A stretch of DNA of 63,247 nucleotides, filler included, from Rhabdomonas costata (taxonomy: Eukaryota), in the NCBI GenBank assembly GCA_019059605.1. It is 24 parts of 24 records of this genome, joined end to end, with 100 filler letters (N's around TTAATTAATTAA, not from the genome) between each part and the next. Parts side by side here need not be neighbours in the genome. Positions count along the whole stretch, not along the records: positions 1 to 2,543 come from JAHMHO010002949.1; positions 2,644 to 5,184 come from JAHMHO010002950.1; positions 5,285 to 7,824 come from JAHMHO010002951.1; positions 7,925 to 10,464 come from JAHMHO010002952.1; positions 10,565 to 13,104 come from JAHMHO010002953.1; 19 more parts are not named here. One strand, 5' to 3'. The first letter of the stretch is position 1. The number at the start of each line of letters is the position of its first letter. The position numbers and the translations under genes are program-made. The notes under the pieces were generated by a model. The model saw only the letters and a program-made list of their open reading frames with translations. It was not told the origin of the DNA and made no database searches. Below, piece after piece: positions 1 to 12,451 of this stretch.

Positions 1-6
1 GTGTTG

Positions 7-124
7 TGGGCACTTTTTAAAACTTAGGTCCCCAACTGCACGCCATTCCCGGCCCCGGCCACGTCTTGGACGGGGTCCCGGTGATCGTCGCCGTGTTGAA
101 GACCTAAGTTTTAAAAAGTGCCCA
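7..124. repeat. Perfect 24-bp inverted repeat with a 70-bp spacer
   Basis: tgggcactttttaaaacttaggtc (7-30) is the exact reverse complement of gacctaagttttaaaaagtgccca (101-124). Confidence 0.95.
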
Positions 125-229
125 GAATGCCGCCGCATTGCGGCCAAACACGTCGAGAAGCCCCGCCTTCTCAGAGTCACTTTTTGCGTTGTTATCAGTT
201 CCTTGGTACCGCTGAGCTTTTTTAGGGTT

Positions 230-2100
230 CACCTTATCAGCAAAAGCAAGGAGCACGGGAAAAGTTGTAACATTTCCAAAAAAAAATTTATAAATTTAGA
301 AGGGCACCGGCGTCAGTGTTCGCCATTTGCGCGATTTCATCTAAAGATGCTTGCTGATTAGTGTTTTTTTAAAAAAAATGCGACGCATTCAAACCCGAGC
401 CCGTTTTCCCCTAAATCCGGGCGCATAATCGGCCCCATCCGCTTCAAGCGCCGTCCGACTGTTTTTTTTTAGTGGCGCCGCATCACTTTGTAAAAAGCCG
501 GTGGGCAACGCAACCTAGAATTTAATAAGGGCCTTAGGCCTACGAGGCATCAAAAGACGCCGCATATGCGAGATGCACACTTTCCCCCAGTTAACCGGAG
601 TGAGATTGAGGAATGACATACCGCCTTTACAAAATTTCTCCAAACTCCGGCCCCATCATCTTTTAAAAGACAAGGGTTCCGAGGAATTTGGAAAAAAAAG
701 CAAGGCGTGCCCGCACAAACGGGTTGTTGATAGTAGGCGCACCCCCAAGCCTCAGCCACGAAAAAACATGCACACAAACAGAGGACCACACAAGCGAACA
801 CCGGACAGCGGGATTTCAAGAGATCAACGCGACCAAACAAACCAACGACGTGTTATGAAAGGGGAAGCCGAGGCGCGGTCCCTGTAAACGTGGTTTTCTA
901 GAACAAAGACGCCGATCAATATAACTGAGTAACTAAGCCGCTTCAAATATATAAGACATGGCCAAAACGTAAACACCATTCACACAACCCAACCAGACCA
1001 AGGCTCACAGACGTGCCCCCCGCGTGCGAATGCATCTCACGGAAAAAACAGGAGCAAAACCCAGAACCTGCCGCAAAACAATCCTTATCTACCAGTCGAC
1101 TTGGTGGTCAAAGAAATGGTAAGGCTACAAGAGGTTGGAAGTTTTACCATTTCTTACCACACCACACCATTTCTTTTGGAAAGTATAATGCCGTGCTCTG
1201 TTCGGGTGCATCCGACGGTTTTATCAGTAACAACTTGGTTAAGGAGCCCGGCAACCGGTTTGAATTATTCAGCTGTCTTCAGTGGCGATCTCGAAAATGT
1301 CTTCTGGACAAAAAAGTTTTGTCTTGTGAAAAAAGGATTTTCGGCACCGGTTTCATCTTTTCTACCCTGTGATATTTTTCTGTGTGGCGGTGCCATTGTC
1401 CAAAAAGGGCTTTTCGACTTAGGCGTTTTACAAAAGGGACAAACGGCCCTTTTATGGACGTATGGGGGCAACAAGCAGACCCCAGGTTGGCATCTTGTAA
1501 TGATTCATCTTTCCAATGGTAACACACATGGGTACTGTGTTTTTCTGTAGAAGACAGGCAGTTCCATGGGCACTAGGGATCTCCAAGATCAGCCACATGG
1601 TCAAAATTGGATTGGACAAGGTCATTTCAAACGTTTTAGGGTCCAATGGAGGTTTTTCGGCCCGAAGAATGCTGCAGCATCAATAGAACTTCCTCTGCGG
1701 AAGGTCTCTGCGTGAGGTAAAGGATGGTTTATGGTCAGGTGGTGAATAGTAGGGATTCGGTGGCTTTGAAGGTGAACAAAAACGCCAGTATTCCTTAGTT
1801 TATACAACTTGCACACCAAACTTCTTTGAATTTTTCCTTCAATTCATGCGACAAAGCGATTTTAAAATGCACTTTTTAGGGTCAATAATTCCCCAGCTCG
1901 AACCCCCTTTCCCCCCATTGGGTCAATGTTGACTTTTATGGTAGTCTGGGTGCCCCATTGTGAAACAACATTGACTACATGGGGAAAGGGGGGCACGTGT
2001 GCTTTGCACAGCAACCGCAAAAGTGCCAAATCGGCTTTTTTCCAGCTAAAAAGGCCAAAGTTAGGGGTAAAACGATGGTTTTTAGGCCGAATTTGATGAA
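230..2100 (-). mobile_element. Heavily decayed LINE-type (APE-RT) retrotransposon remnant
   Basis: Frameshifted minus-strand motifs occur in LINE order: WKKADL (~2040, like KADW after the APE domain), NGK (~1140), ISLT..RIVL (~1110, like YRPISL), LRFGH (~965, like GFRxG), VDLLKS (~820, like DxxKAFD), IPQ (~610, like GVPQG). Confidence 0.45.
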
Positions 2101-2543
2101 AAAAGAAGTAAATTACAAATACACGCGGATGAGTGGGGTGGCGACGACACAAAAATTTACTTGGGGGTAAGCCTCGTCTTGGGGAGGGTAAGAGGAGTTC
2201 CGGTAACGGAGAAGCAAAAAGATCTTGAATTATTGACCCTTTTTTACTGTGTGATAGGGCATTTTAAAATCGAGCTTTGCCAATTACAATTCAAGATGTG
2301 GTTCGAAGCGGAGCCCGCTTTGGAAAAAGAACTTAAGAACTTAGCAGGACGCCTTGATCGTTGAGAAACCAGAACGGGGCATTGAGGTGGGAAGGGTAAC
2401 CGACGTAGACAAAAAACTGGAAGTCTGTTCATCAGCGGCATGCGACGCTCATTTAGTCGAACAAGAGATTTGGTTTGCGGCTCCTCTATCTCCACCCTCC
2501 CATTGCCAATGGTTCATTCAGGCCGGCAGAAGTCACCAACAAC

Positions 2544-2643
2544 NNNNNNNNNNNNNNNNNNNNNNNNNNNNNNNNNNNNNNNNNNNNTTAATTAATTAAN
2601 NNNNNNNNNNNNNNNNNNNNNNNNNNNNNNNNNNNNNNNNNNN
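2544..2643. other. Artificial contig spacer (first of 23 identical spacers, one every ~2.64 kb)
   Basis: 44 N + TTAATTAATTAA (stops in all six frames) + 44 N. The contigs are roughly sorted by length (2543 down to 2535 nt). Confidence 0.98.
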
Positions 2644-5600
2644 GGGTTGGTGTTTATGGCGTCCAGGTACGCGGCCGTCCCGTTCTCATACGGACGGATA
2701 GTTTTCAAGTGCTTGTGTGCTTTATTTTTGGACACGGTGGCAAGAGGGCCAGCAGAGTACCCGGCCAACTAGAAAAAGTTCCACATATTCTGGATCTTTG
2801 GCCCCGCCCGGCCGCGACCAGACCGTGAAGTCCAAAGCGCCCGGGCCTTTTGGAAGCAGGCAAGGGAACAGCCGTTCGGCGGGTACCAGTTCAAGAAGCT
2901 TCGGGTGGCGCTTTTACCTTCCGTGCCAAGTTGTTTCCGTCGCGGCGGTTAGCACGTAGTCTTTGACGAGAAGAATGTGTCCGCGGGCGGCGGTTCCCGA
3001 CCCCGAGTTGTCCCTTGACGTATGCGCTCTTTCCTGCGCGTTTCAAGGGGTCTGGGGGCCAGCAAAGGGTTTCGACGAAGCAGATTCTAAAGGAGGAACT
3101 TCCCCAAAAAAATTTCAACAAAGGCGCGGGGGCGAACAAAGAAACCACAAGGCTGAAAGAGAGGTAGTTGTGATGGCAAAAATGGGGAAAGCGATTGTCC
3201 CGCGCGATCTGGAAATGGTGTGCGACAGGTTTCGGCCGCCGTGGCCGCCGGTTCTCCGCAACTTTGCCAACCTTACCAATGCTGTCACGAATGATCTAAA
3301 AGATTCCTGTTGAAACCCGCGGCTCCTTGCCTTAATGGGAAAATGACGAGCTTGTCAATGCTATGTTATCAAAGCGTTTCGGTGTATGGACTGTTTTGGG
3401 GCGTCCACACAAATGATGACAACCTTGAATGCCAAGTTCTCAAGCCGAAAACACACAAAGGCAAACTGTTCTTTGGAAACTCCTAGTTGCTGTGTTGATG
3501 GGTCGGCTAGGGCACCGCAAAAGAAAAGTGTTTGCACATGAAAGATTTTAAAGACTCTGTGACCACCGTTTTCAGCAAAGCCCTCATACCCGGAGACTCT
3601 TCCAGCCTTTTTATTCCCATTTTACCAGACATCATAATCAAGGAGATTCAAGCACGGTTACACCCGGTTCCAGTCGAAAGAAAATGTTCGACTGTACGGG
3701 AAGCGGCCAGCACTGACTACACGCTATGGTGTTGACCTCCAATTCTTCATATTTTCGGGATTCGAACTAGTAAAGCGTTATATTTACAATACCAATCTAC
3801 ATTTCACTCAGAGGCCGAGGCAAGTCCAGAGAACAGAGACCTTCACAAGATAGCAAGAATGCAAAACCCTGGGTTCCTCCAGTTGCGAATCGGCCCCATA
3901 TGTAGGAAGCTGAAAAAAGCTTCTCTCCACACGCTGCCTGAACAGCAGGCGATGGACAACGACATTATTCCCATGATGAGATTGGAGCTGGGTGCTTCTG
4001 CTGGAATTGATCTCAAAATATGGCTTACCTATCATCTGGGACAACTCTTCTTGAAAATTATGCTGCATTCAGCGTCTCCGATTGTACTTTTGCGCAGTGG
4101 AGTAGGTACTCTAGACATTCCTCATCTACCACTTGTCCAAGCTGAGAAAGAAGAAAAATTCTGTTTAGAATCCTGACTTTGTAGAGCTCCTACTTGTGTA
4201 GTCTTTTTTCCTTCCAGGTGCGACTTGAAATGATCCATTGGTGAAAGAGGCTGTATTTACTGATGTGTATGGAGACACTTGGGTGCCGTACGGAACCACT
4301 GTCAGTGATATATGCTGGAGAGTGGCTCAAATGATGGATCCATATAGACTAAATCAAGGTGTTTTGCTCAAGATGGACTGCAAGGTTGGCCATACCGCAC
4401 GTCTACACTGTGACAAAAGTCCCATTTTACGCCCACATTTACTGATCGCAACCAGGGGTTTCTAATGAAGTCCAACGCATCAACCAACGGACCACGCCCT
4501 TGTATGTCATGCCATGTTTTCAGCATGACATCGGATAGTTAAGCTGAACTTCTAGATAAAATAACTGAAAAATTGCTTTGGCTTCTTCTGGCTGCTAGGT
4601 TTTAAACGCCCTTTTGATAGCGTGGAGGTGCGGTTTAGGATATCTTGCATCTACCAAGGCGTTTGCTTACGCATTTCAAGCAAGACAAGCAAAAATAGAA
4701 TGCACAAACGCACAAGCAAAGTTGGAGCGTTTACCTTTCAACACATGTGCCACATAGATCAGGATATTTCATCTCGCATGATGTTAGTATGCGATGCGCG
4801 TGTTTCCTAAAAAAGGTTCACTTCTGAATGTATGCCAAATATATTTTTATACTATAGCATACAAATATGCGTAGAGTGTCCAGGTCTGTAGCCAGGTCTG
4901 TATCTATTGGGAATTTTAGTCATTCCTTGATCGTCATCAGCATTGCAGCATACACACAATAGTAACGTGGATCATACTGTTTACAAACAGCGCAGACAAA
5001 CTGGCGTTGACACCAGGCTACTACCAACAACACGCACAGACAAAAAATAGTATTACGTAGGTTTTATACAAACCGCAATAGTGTATATATGATGCTGGGA
5101 TATTGCTGAGTAACAACAGATCACAAAAACGTAATAAAAATAACGACATACCAACATTATACAATAGTACATCATCCACAAACCNNNNNNNNNNNNNNNN
5201 NNNNNNNNNNNNNNNNNNNNNNNNNNNNTTAATTAATTAANNNNNNNNNNNNNNNNNNNNNNNNNNNNNNNNNNNNNNNNNNNNGTGGTTGGGGAATTTT
5301 ATAATCAAAATACACGACGTATTGTTTTTTCGATTCTCAGTTGTGCGCGGAAAGACACTGGCTCGGCGTGTTTTCACCAAGATGATGTCGTATCTTGTAG
5401 CATCAAATATAATGTTAACGCTTCACGATTTCTTTACATTTACGTAGTTTTAAATATTCCAAAAGCAATACATTGTCATAAACGGTGAAACAATGCTGAA
5501 TCTCATGGGTTTTTACTAGAATATTTAAAAACAGTGTGGTGATGTGAAATAGCATTCAAACTAAACATAAGTTCGATAAGTATATAGACACATTTGTTAC

Positions 5601-6239
5601 ATTAATATAGCAGAATGGACATGTGTATTCATAAAGCTGTAAGAAGTTGGTTTTGATTTGCCAAATTCTGTATAGCCATGAAGGCAGGAAGACAGGAATA
5701 AAGGAAGTAACACTCCTTATCATAACAAGAGGTTCAAAAAATTGGCATATCAATCTATGCGCAATTACACAATTTTATAGTTCAGGAAAAGTTTTTAGTG
5801 CGCGTGTGGAAGTGCAGATTGAAGAAGTATGACAGGAAGAGTGATGCTATTGAGAAGAGAGATTGCATCAGACGCGTTAATTTCGCAATCGGTGAGGGCA
5901 ATGGAGATTCTGAGTTGAAATTTGACTGCAACACTCCACCTTCCGATAAGTATTCTAAAAGAAAAACAGTGTGTGTAGCAGAATAACATCCGGAAACAAG
6001 GCAATGTATGCGGCAGTAATTTCAGTTATGACGAATAACTTAGTGAAAGACCCAGACTGGTGTAGGCAGCTAAAAATGGTGGATTAAAGTTTGGCTTGAT
6101 TTGGTTTGATAACACGTGAATGCACATGAGTGATAGTGAGCGAAAGCAGATGACAATGTGAAACAAATTTGAAAATGTTGGATCTGTTTCAGATTCAATG
6201 GAGATGGATAAGTGTGGCGTGTAATGTGAAGATCATTCA

Positions 6240-7270
6240 ATCTTGCAGAAGAGGCTTCCGGAACTTCCCGTGGATAAAATTGGGTGTGTGGCAGCGCCTA
6301 AATAGACGGTATTGAGCTCTAACGAAAATTCCAACATCAGAGGAGCGGCGGGATTCCAGTTGCAATAGTCCTATAAACTGAAGTAATATGAGCTGTGAAA
6401 AAGGTGAGTACGAGAAGGACCAACCGGATCTCGAACAACTTGACAAGTTTTGAGTGGAAATGGGAGATGCATGAGCTGAAGTGTGTGGTTTCAATGGATT
6501 TTTCCAAACCATACAATCTTTCGAGTTGTGGTGGTTACACTTTGTGCGTTCAGAATGAACACACCTATACCACTGCGGGGTCTGCGCAAACACTCCGTGA
6601 CATGGCGGGCGACCACATAACTCCCCCCTACGTTGACCATTTCCTGAAGCTGTCTGCTGCTATCCACGCCACTATTGATGAGATCCATCACGCTTAAGTG
6701 CAGCAAGCAGCAAGCATACGAGAATGCCATGGTACTAGGCACCAAACCCACACCACCAGTTTCAGAAACCATTGATTGTGACGATCGGAGTCCGCCAGCT
6801 GTAAGTCATTAGCCGGGGCCAGAAGTACCGCTCGCCACTGCAGTAGTTTTAGTGTTTTCATTGGGGCAGGAAATGCCACGTGCAGCTATTCACGCAATCC
6901 TCCAGCCCCAGCACAGCCAAACTCCTCATGTTGAGTGAGCAACCTCGTACATACCAACTCCAATTGATTCCAATGCACAATTTGCTCCAAGCATCCACTC
7001 TGTCTTGCTATCAGTCCCTCTGCTTTCCTCCATCCATCAACAACGTCCGCCTCCCCAGATAACCTCATCACAGTTCAGTGCCACGTTTACCTGTAAGTCG
7101 CCCACTCCACTAGAATGCAGGACATATACCAATTGATTAGGTATATGCTAATGGCTTCTCTAAACTATCATGTCACAGCTTACATCGTGGTGGCACAACA
7201 AACATTCTATCCATCGGGGCTTCATTGCCATCAATCGCCTACTTGTGGCGGTGGCGTGTTGCCACCGTGT
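6240..7270 (+). mobile_element. Decayed non-LTR retrotransposon RT remnant
   Basis: Motifs in RT order, interrupted by stops and frameshifts: RGFR (~6250), VVSMDFSKPY (~6490), IGVRQL*VIS (~6785), PTCGGGVLP (~7240). Motif spacing is imperfect. Confidence 0.4.
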
Positions 7271-10200
7271 CTCAATCACTACCAAAGAAATAATACTGTG
7301 GATCCCCCTCCAACAGTGGGAGTTCGGCTGCTCTTTTGTGCCCTTGTGTGAGCTGTATCCACGCACTGTCTTTTATCACAAAGTACCACTCACTGCCACC
7401 GCACATTGCGAGGACTCAGCAATCGCAACTAATCGGTTAGCACAGTTCCGGATCCCTCCAGTCTCATTCCAGTATGGCTACCACACTTTACAAGTCAGTT
7501 GACTGTTGAAGTCCTGCGGCTGCAAAAAGCGATGCCCGCTAGCATAAATGAAGCTTCTATGAGTCCGGTTGAGATCCTGGATTAGGAAACTCCACACTCG
7601 GACAACTCCTTCATCATAATCCGCAAGTAGCAGCCACCAAATGAAGCCGCTATTAATGCAGGTGTGGGCTAATTCGGCCGCGCAGCATTCATTTTGATTT
7701 ATGGAGCTCTCTCTGCCTCACTCCCTTTGTCCACACACACTATCTCCTCCGCTATTTCATCCACCACAAACTTCAACATTCGTTACAAAACTACGCGGTC
7801 AATGTTTGCTGTTCTCTTTACAAANNNNNNNNNNNNNNNNNNNNNNNNNNNNNNNNNNNNNNNNNNNNTTAATTAATTAANNNNNNNNNNNNNNNNNNNN
7901 NNNNNNNNNNNNNNNNNNNNNNNNGTGTGGGTGGGGCAACGCGTGAGTATGTAAACAAGGTGTGCGTGGGTTGTGGAGCATTGGGGAGCGGGTAGGAGAC
8001 TTTGGAACAGATGTCCAGAACTGTCCATGGGAGTGGGGTGCCCCTGCCGAAGACTAGGGAGCAGAGCGGCGGACAAGGGGAGTACCGCAATGAGTACAAC
8101 CAAAATAGATGAGCCACGAACAAATCGGGAAAAAGCAACTAAAGGGAAGACCCAGGCTGCGAAGGGACACGTACTGGGAAAGGAATGGAAAGGACAGAGG
8201 GAAACCCCCACAAGACAGGGACAAAGGATGAGTGGACAAGCAGAGGAGGTACCATGCATGCAAAGAGTATGGGGGCAGAGGTGACAGCCTTGCAGCCATA
8301 TTAGAACTATGAACAATTGGGGTGCAATGGGGTCACTCGAAATCAATATCACAAAAAGCGCAGTTCGGTAATCTCAAAGGAATCACAAAGGCATCTAAGA
8401 GGCGGTGACAGACAGAAAGCAATGCGATTGATGCCGCGAAAAAGCTTGCACACAAGAGGAGGTGCACTGCACCTCGCGTCGCCGAGCGAAGCGCGGCATC
8501 CAGCGCAGTGAGGTGCTGCACACTTGACTGCTCATCTCTCTTTTCGGCGAGCGACTTCAACGCCTCTGTATACGCAAAACCGGCAAACTGGTAGGAGACC
8601 GCATCTCAGAAGTCTATCAAGGCGGGAATAAGAACCATGCCATTCAGTCACCCCGGAACATGATACTATGCTCACTTCTGTTTCCGGATCTCAAAGTTTA
8701 CGTTTCAAACCTTTTTCCTTCTGACTTTCTCAGGTCAAGGTCAGAAACCCGAACAGGGAGACGGACGAAGTAAATCGTACTTCCGATTCAAAGCGCTGGA
8801 CAGTCACGCAACGGATATGCCTCCCATGTTATTGGGAGCTCGGGTGACCATCCATCAAATGAGGAGGGAACCAAAGTACTGGAGTTACCGGTCGCTCCAG
8901 AATTACAGACTCGTGTGCCCCAACCTGTTTGGTGCTGGCAAAAGGGACTGTGTTATCCCTACCTGGAGATCTAAAGCAAGCACCGCCCAAAAGAAAGAGA
9001 ACGGTTCACAACGAATTGGATATGGACTATTTTTTTGGTGACTTTCATCCACTGGCGACTTTCGGCATTTTTTGCCTCGAGATGGCTTACGAGACTAAGG
9101 AAAAAATCCATGCAGAAACAGTGATCACGCACAGATCCCATGCTCGAAATTCCAAACAGAACTGAATACCTCTGATCGACGGCGCCTTCTTCATGCACGG
9201 CACAACAGCTCCTCCATCAACCACTGAAACGCAACTCCAGACCCTTACACCCTACAAAAGCAAAGGCCTTGAAGACGCCTCGCTGCACGGGAAGCGAAAC
9301 GGACCCGCCCCAAAGGTCGGTCCAAACACACAAATACTGAGACAGGGCAGAATAGCAGCTGGAGAAGAAGGAAAAAAAAGCAGGCAAGCGTCGGGACTGG
9401 GCAGTGGGAATGAATCGAATGTTCAGTGACCGCACCTCTGGACGATAGCACGAACACAGAGACAAACGAATTTACACTGTGGAGATACCACACGGCTTGT
9501 TCACAGCCGAAGGGGGCAGTGCTCACAGGGTTTCGATCAGACCTGTGGACGATGGTTCAAATAAGCCTAGTTACACCCCGAAACTGAGAAGTCTTTTTTT
9601 ACCCTGTATTCATGCCGCTGGTCCCCAAACGGTGCGCAATGTGCCTTTTTTTGGCACGGATTATCCAGTCTCTCAGTTTTCGATGTAGCCTGCTATGCGA
9701 AAGTGCGTTACGAAAATGTGTTTTGCGCGCCGAAGGCGCAGCACATTTTGTGGGCGCCCTAAAAAGGTCCAGCTTAGTGCCAGCGTGAACCACGGTCTAA
9801 TTTGCATCATATCGGCTGGTTCTTGCGCGGCGAAACTTTGGTTTACACGATAAACGTATAATAACCAAGAAATCTGGTCATTTTTGCGCCCATTTGTATG
9901 ACAAAACTCGATTTAAAAAGGGGCCATCACTGTGGAAAAACTGGACAAAAATTCGAGTTCTCGCATCCAAGTCCTCTCCCGTTCCCGTTTTTCCCTGGGA
10001 TGATGGGATCTCAGGGAGAGTCTCATAAATACTCAACTTCCACTCGCAATGACCCCAAGGTCATATTCCCCCCTTATTTTCGACTGTTTTTTTTTGCCCT
10101 ATTTTACGGCATTCCAAATCATGCTCGAGTCTCCCCATACACTGAATATGGAGTCCGAAACCTTGATGGCAGAATGTCTCATCGGGACCTGCGCCTCGCT

Positions 10201-12079
10201 GGGCTATATATTGCCCAGTCGGAAAAGGGAGCATCGAATTTCAGAATTATTGTCCACTTCAAGCCCCTTTTTATTTCGAGTTTGTCATATTAAATGATTG
10301 GAAACAAGACTGGAAGGAAAATGCAAGCCAAGTTACACCCACGATAGAAACAAGTCGTTGGACTGCTGTGAATTCCAGATTTCTGGGTTGATTCCAAGGT
10401 GCTAGAGTGGAGAGGGGCAAGATGCACACGTGTCGTGCACGTGTGCATCTTGCCCCACCCACCCNNNNNNNNNNNNNNNNNNNNNNNNNNNNNNNNNNNN
10501 NNNNNNNNTTAATTAATTAANNNNNNNNNNNNNNNNNNNNNNNNNNNNNNNNNNNNNNNNNNNNTGTTTTTTGGTTTTTTGGTTAATGGGCACAAAGGTT
10601 GAGGACCTTGACAATCCTGCCCTGAGCAGTCATTCAGGCATAGCATCGCACTCTTACAAGGATTTCTTGCCCCAAATGTTGGGCGCTAGTGGGGAGGTCA
10701 CAGAGTTTCTTTCAAGCGTTTTCAGTGTTTGCCTTGGAAACATGGGGCAGCCGGAGGGTCTTGGAATGTTGTCTTGTGAGTTGACCCACGTCTGACAACA
10801 GTACTATAACTCTCGTTGCGAGCTACTTAGCTGCGCACTTCTTTGGTTAGGGACACCTGACCTGAGGCAGAGGAAGAGTTGAAGAGAGACACCGAGCGAT
10901 TAGTAGACTGGGTGAGCGCAGTGGGTTGGAGCTTCCGAGAACTGCAGTTAACAAGAACCTCCGCAGCAGAAGGGTGATCCGGGGCCTGGAAGCAGTTAGG
11001 CAGCGGAAACGTATTCGAGAGTATTCGCTTGAGGCGGCCAGACCTCCACCAAAGCAAGGTTTTTTGTATGTTCCTTCTTTTTTTTCGCCGAACTCTGAGA
11101 CAAACAATTAAACATAGAGTTTGCAGGAGCCGCAGGAGTGCCTCACATCGACTTTCCCCTCCATCAAATCACTCCCCGTGTAGAGCACCATCTCATTGTT
11201 TTGTTTCATTGGTCATGAGGCTGCACCGGCGCGAAAACAACGTTTTTCTCATGCTTCAGGCTGGAACCACACTCTGTATGCCGCCAGCGTGACGTCCGCC
11301 CTGCCTCCGCTGCGGCGCATCCCGATTCCCCCTTACATGACCCGCGGACAAAGCCAGTAGTGTATATACACGGTAGGCTACGATTGATTTGCTTTCAGCG
11401 AGACATGCTGCGCTTCATTTTACTTGATTCGCGGCCCTTGTATAGCTCACAACAGACATCTCACAAGTGCCCGCTCAGATTCCCTTGAGAATCCAGATCC
11501 ATGGAAGGCTTGCTAAGAAGCTCCACCAAGTGTGCTGGTTGATGGCTGGTTAAGGTCCAAGAGAATGAAAAAGGAAGTCACTGTCCAAAAGACATGCCTG
11601 GCCTTCCAACTGTGAATCGTTCAAGACCGGATCGTCAGAAGGCAGGCGGATTTCCTGTGCGTTTCCCGAATGCTCGAGGATAGGAATTAAATTGCTACTA
11701 CTTCTGAATACGACCTTTCGGGGTCGCACATTAGCATTTTCTTTTTGTGTATGATGAAAGAGGATTCAGGTGGAGGGTGGAGGTCTTTACCTTTCTTTTG
11801 CACCAGAGTTTGTTCTCCGCTTCTCTGTGCCCTCCCCCTCCGCGCGCGCCGATTTCTGTTTTTCTCTCCCAATTTCTTCATTTCTGTACTTGTATCGTGA
11901 TGAGAGGGCGTGGGTTTCCAGTGATGGGTGCTTGAGTCCCCCACCTCACCGTTTCCTTTTTCCCTCGTAAAGCAAGGGAAACCTTCTGTGTTGGCCCGCC
12001 CCTGTGGTTGTTTCGTGTGTTTGCCCGCCTTGTGCTTGTGAACCGGCCTTTGCTGAACACCTTCTTCTGAGTGCAAAGG

Positions 12080-12451
12080 ATGGAGCAGGACGATGCTCCC
12101 CACGATCAGCCCGGGACTCCAGCAGAAGAGTTGAATTCCATACCTCTCACAGAGGGCGACGGACATGTCTCTGCTGAACTCATGCTCCCCACTGAAGGCC
12201 CTGGGCAGAGCCCTGGACTGCCTCAGGAGGATGAGCCAGACGATCCCCAGCCGCCCGCGGGAAATGTCAACCCTATCCCTGCCCCTGAAGGCACTGGAAT
12301 GACTTCGGAACAATCTGAGGAGGCCCCCGCAGAGAGCACGCCTGAGCTCCAGCCCCCGCTCACGGATCCGCCTCAGGCGCCTGCCGCGGAGGATGCCGGG
12401 GAGAGCCCTGGCCCTGTCAAGAATACACCCGCCAGCCGGCCTTCCCATGAG
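12080..12451 (+). CDS. Probable first exon of a P/E/A-rich, disordered hypothetical protein
   Basis: GC-rich open frame MEQDDAPHDQPG...PSHE ending at a gag|gtgtgc donor. No recognisable domain. Confidence 0.5.

Noticed and set aside
2644-5184. Possible decayed mobile element in contig 2
   Set aside because: Fragmentary ORFs with no motif I could assign.
7925-10464. Short ORFs in contig 4
   Set aside because: No recognisable motifs or consistent exon structure. Treated as non-coding.
11687-12448. 253-aa minus-strand ORF
   Set aside because: Antisense to the P/E-rich exon, running on into non-coding sequence.
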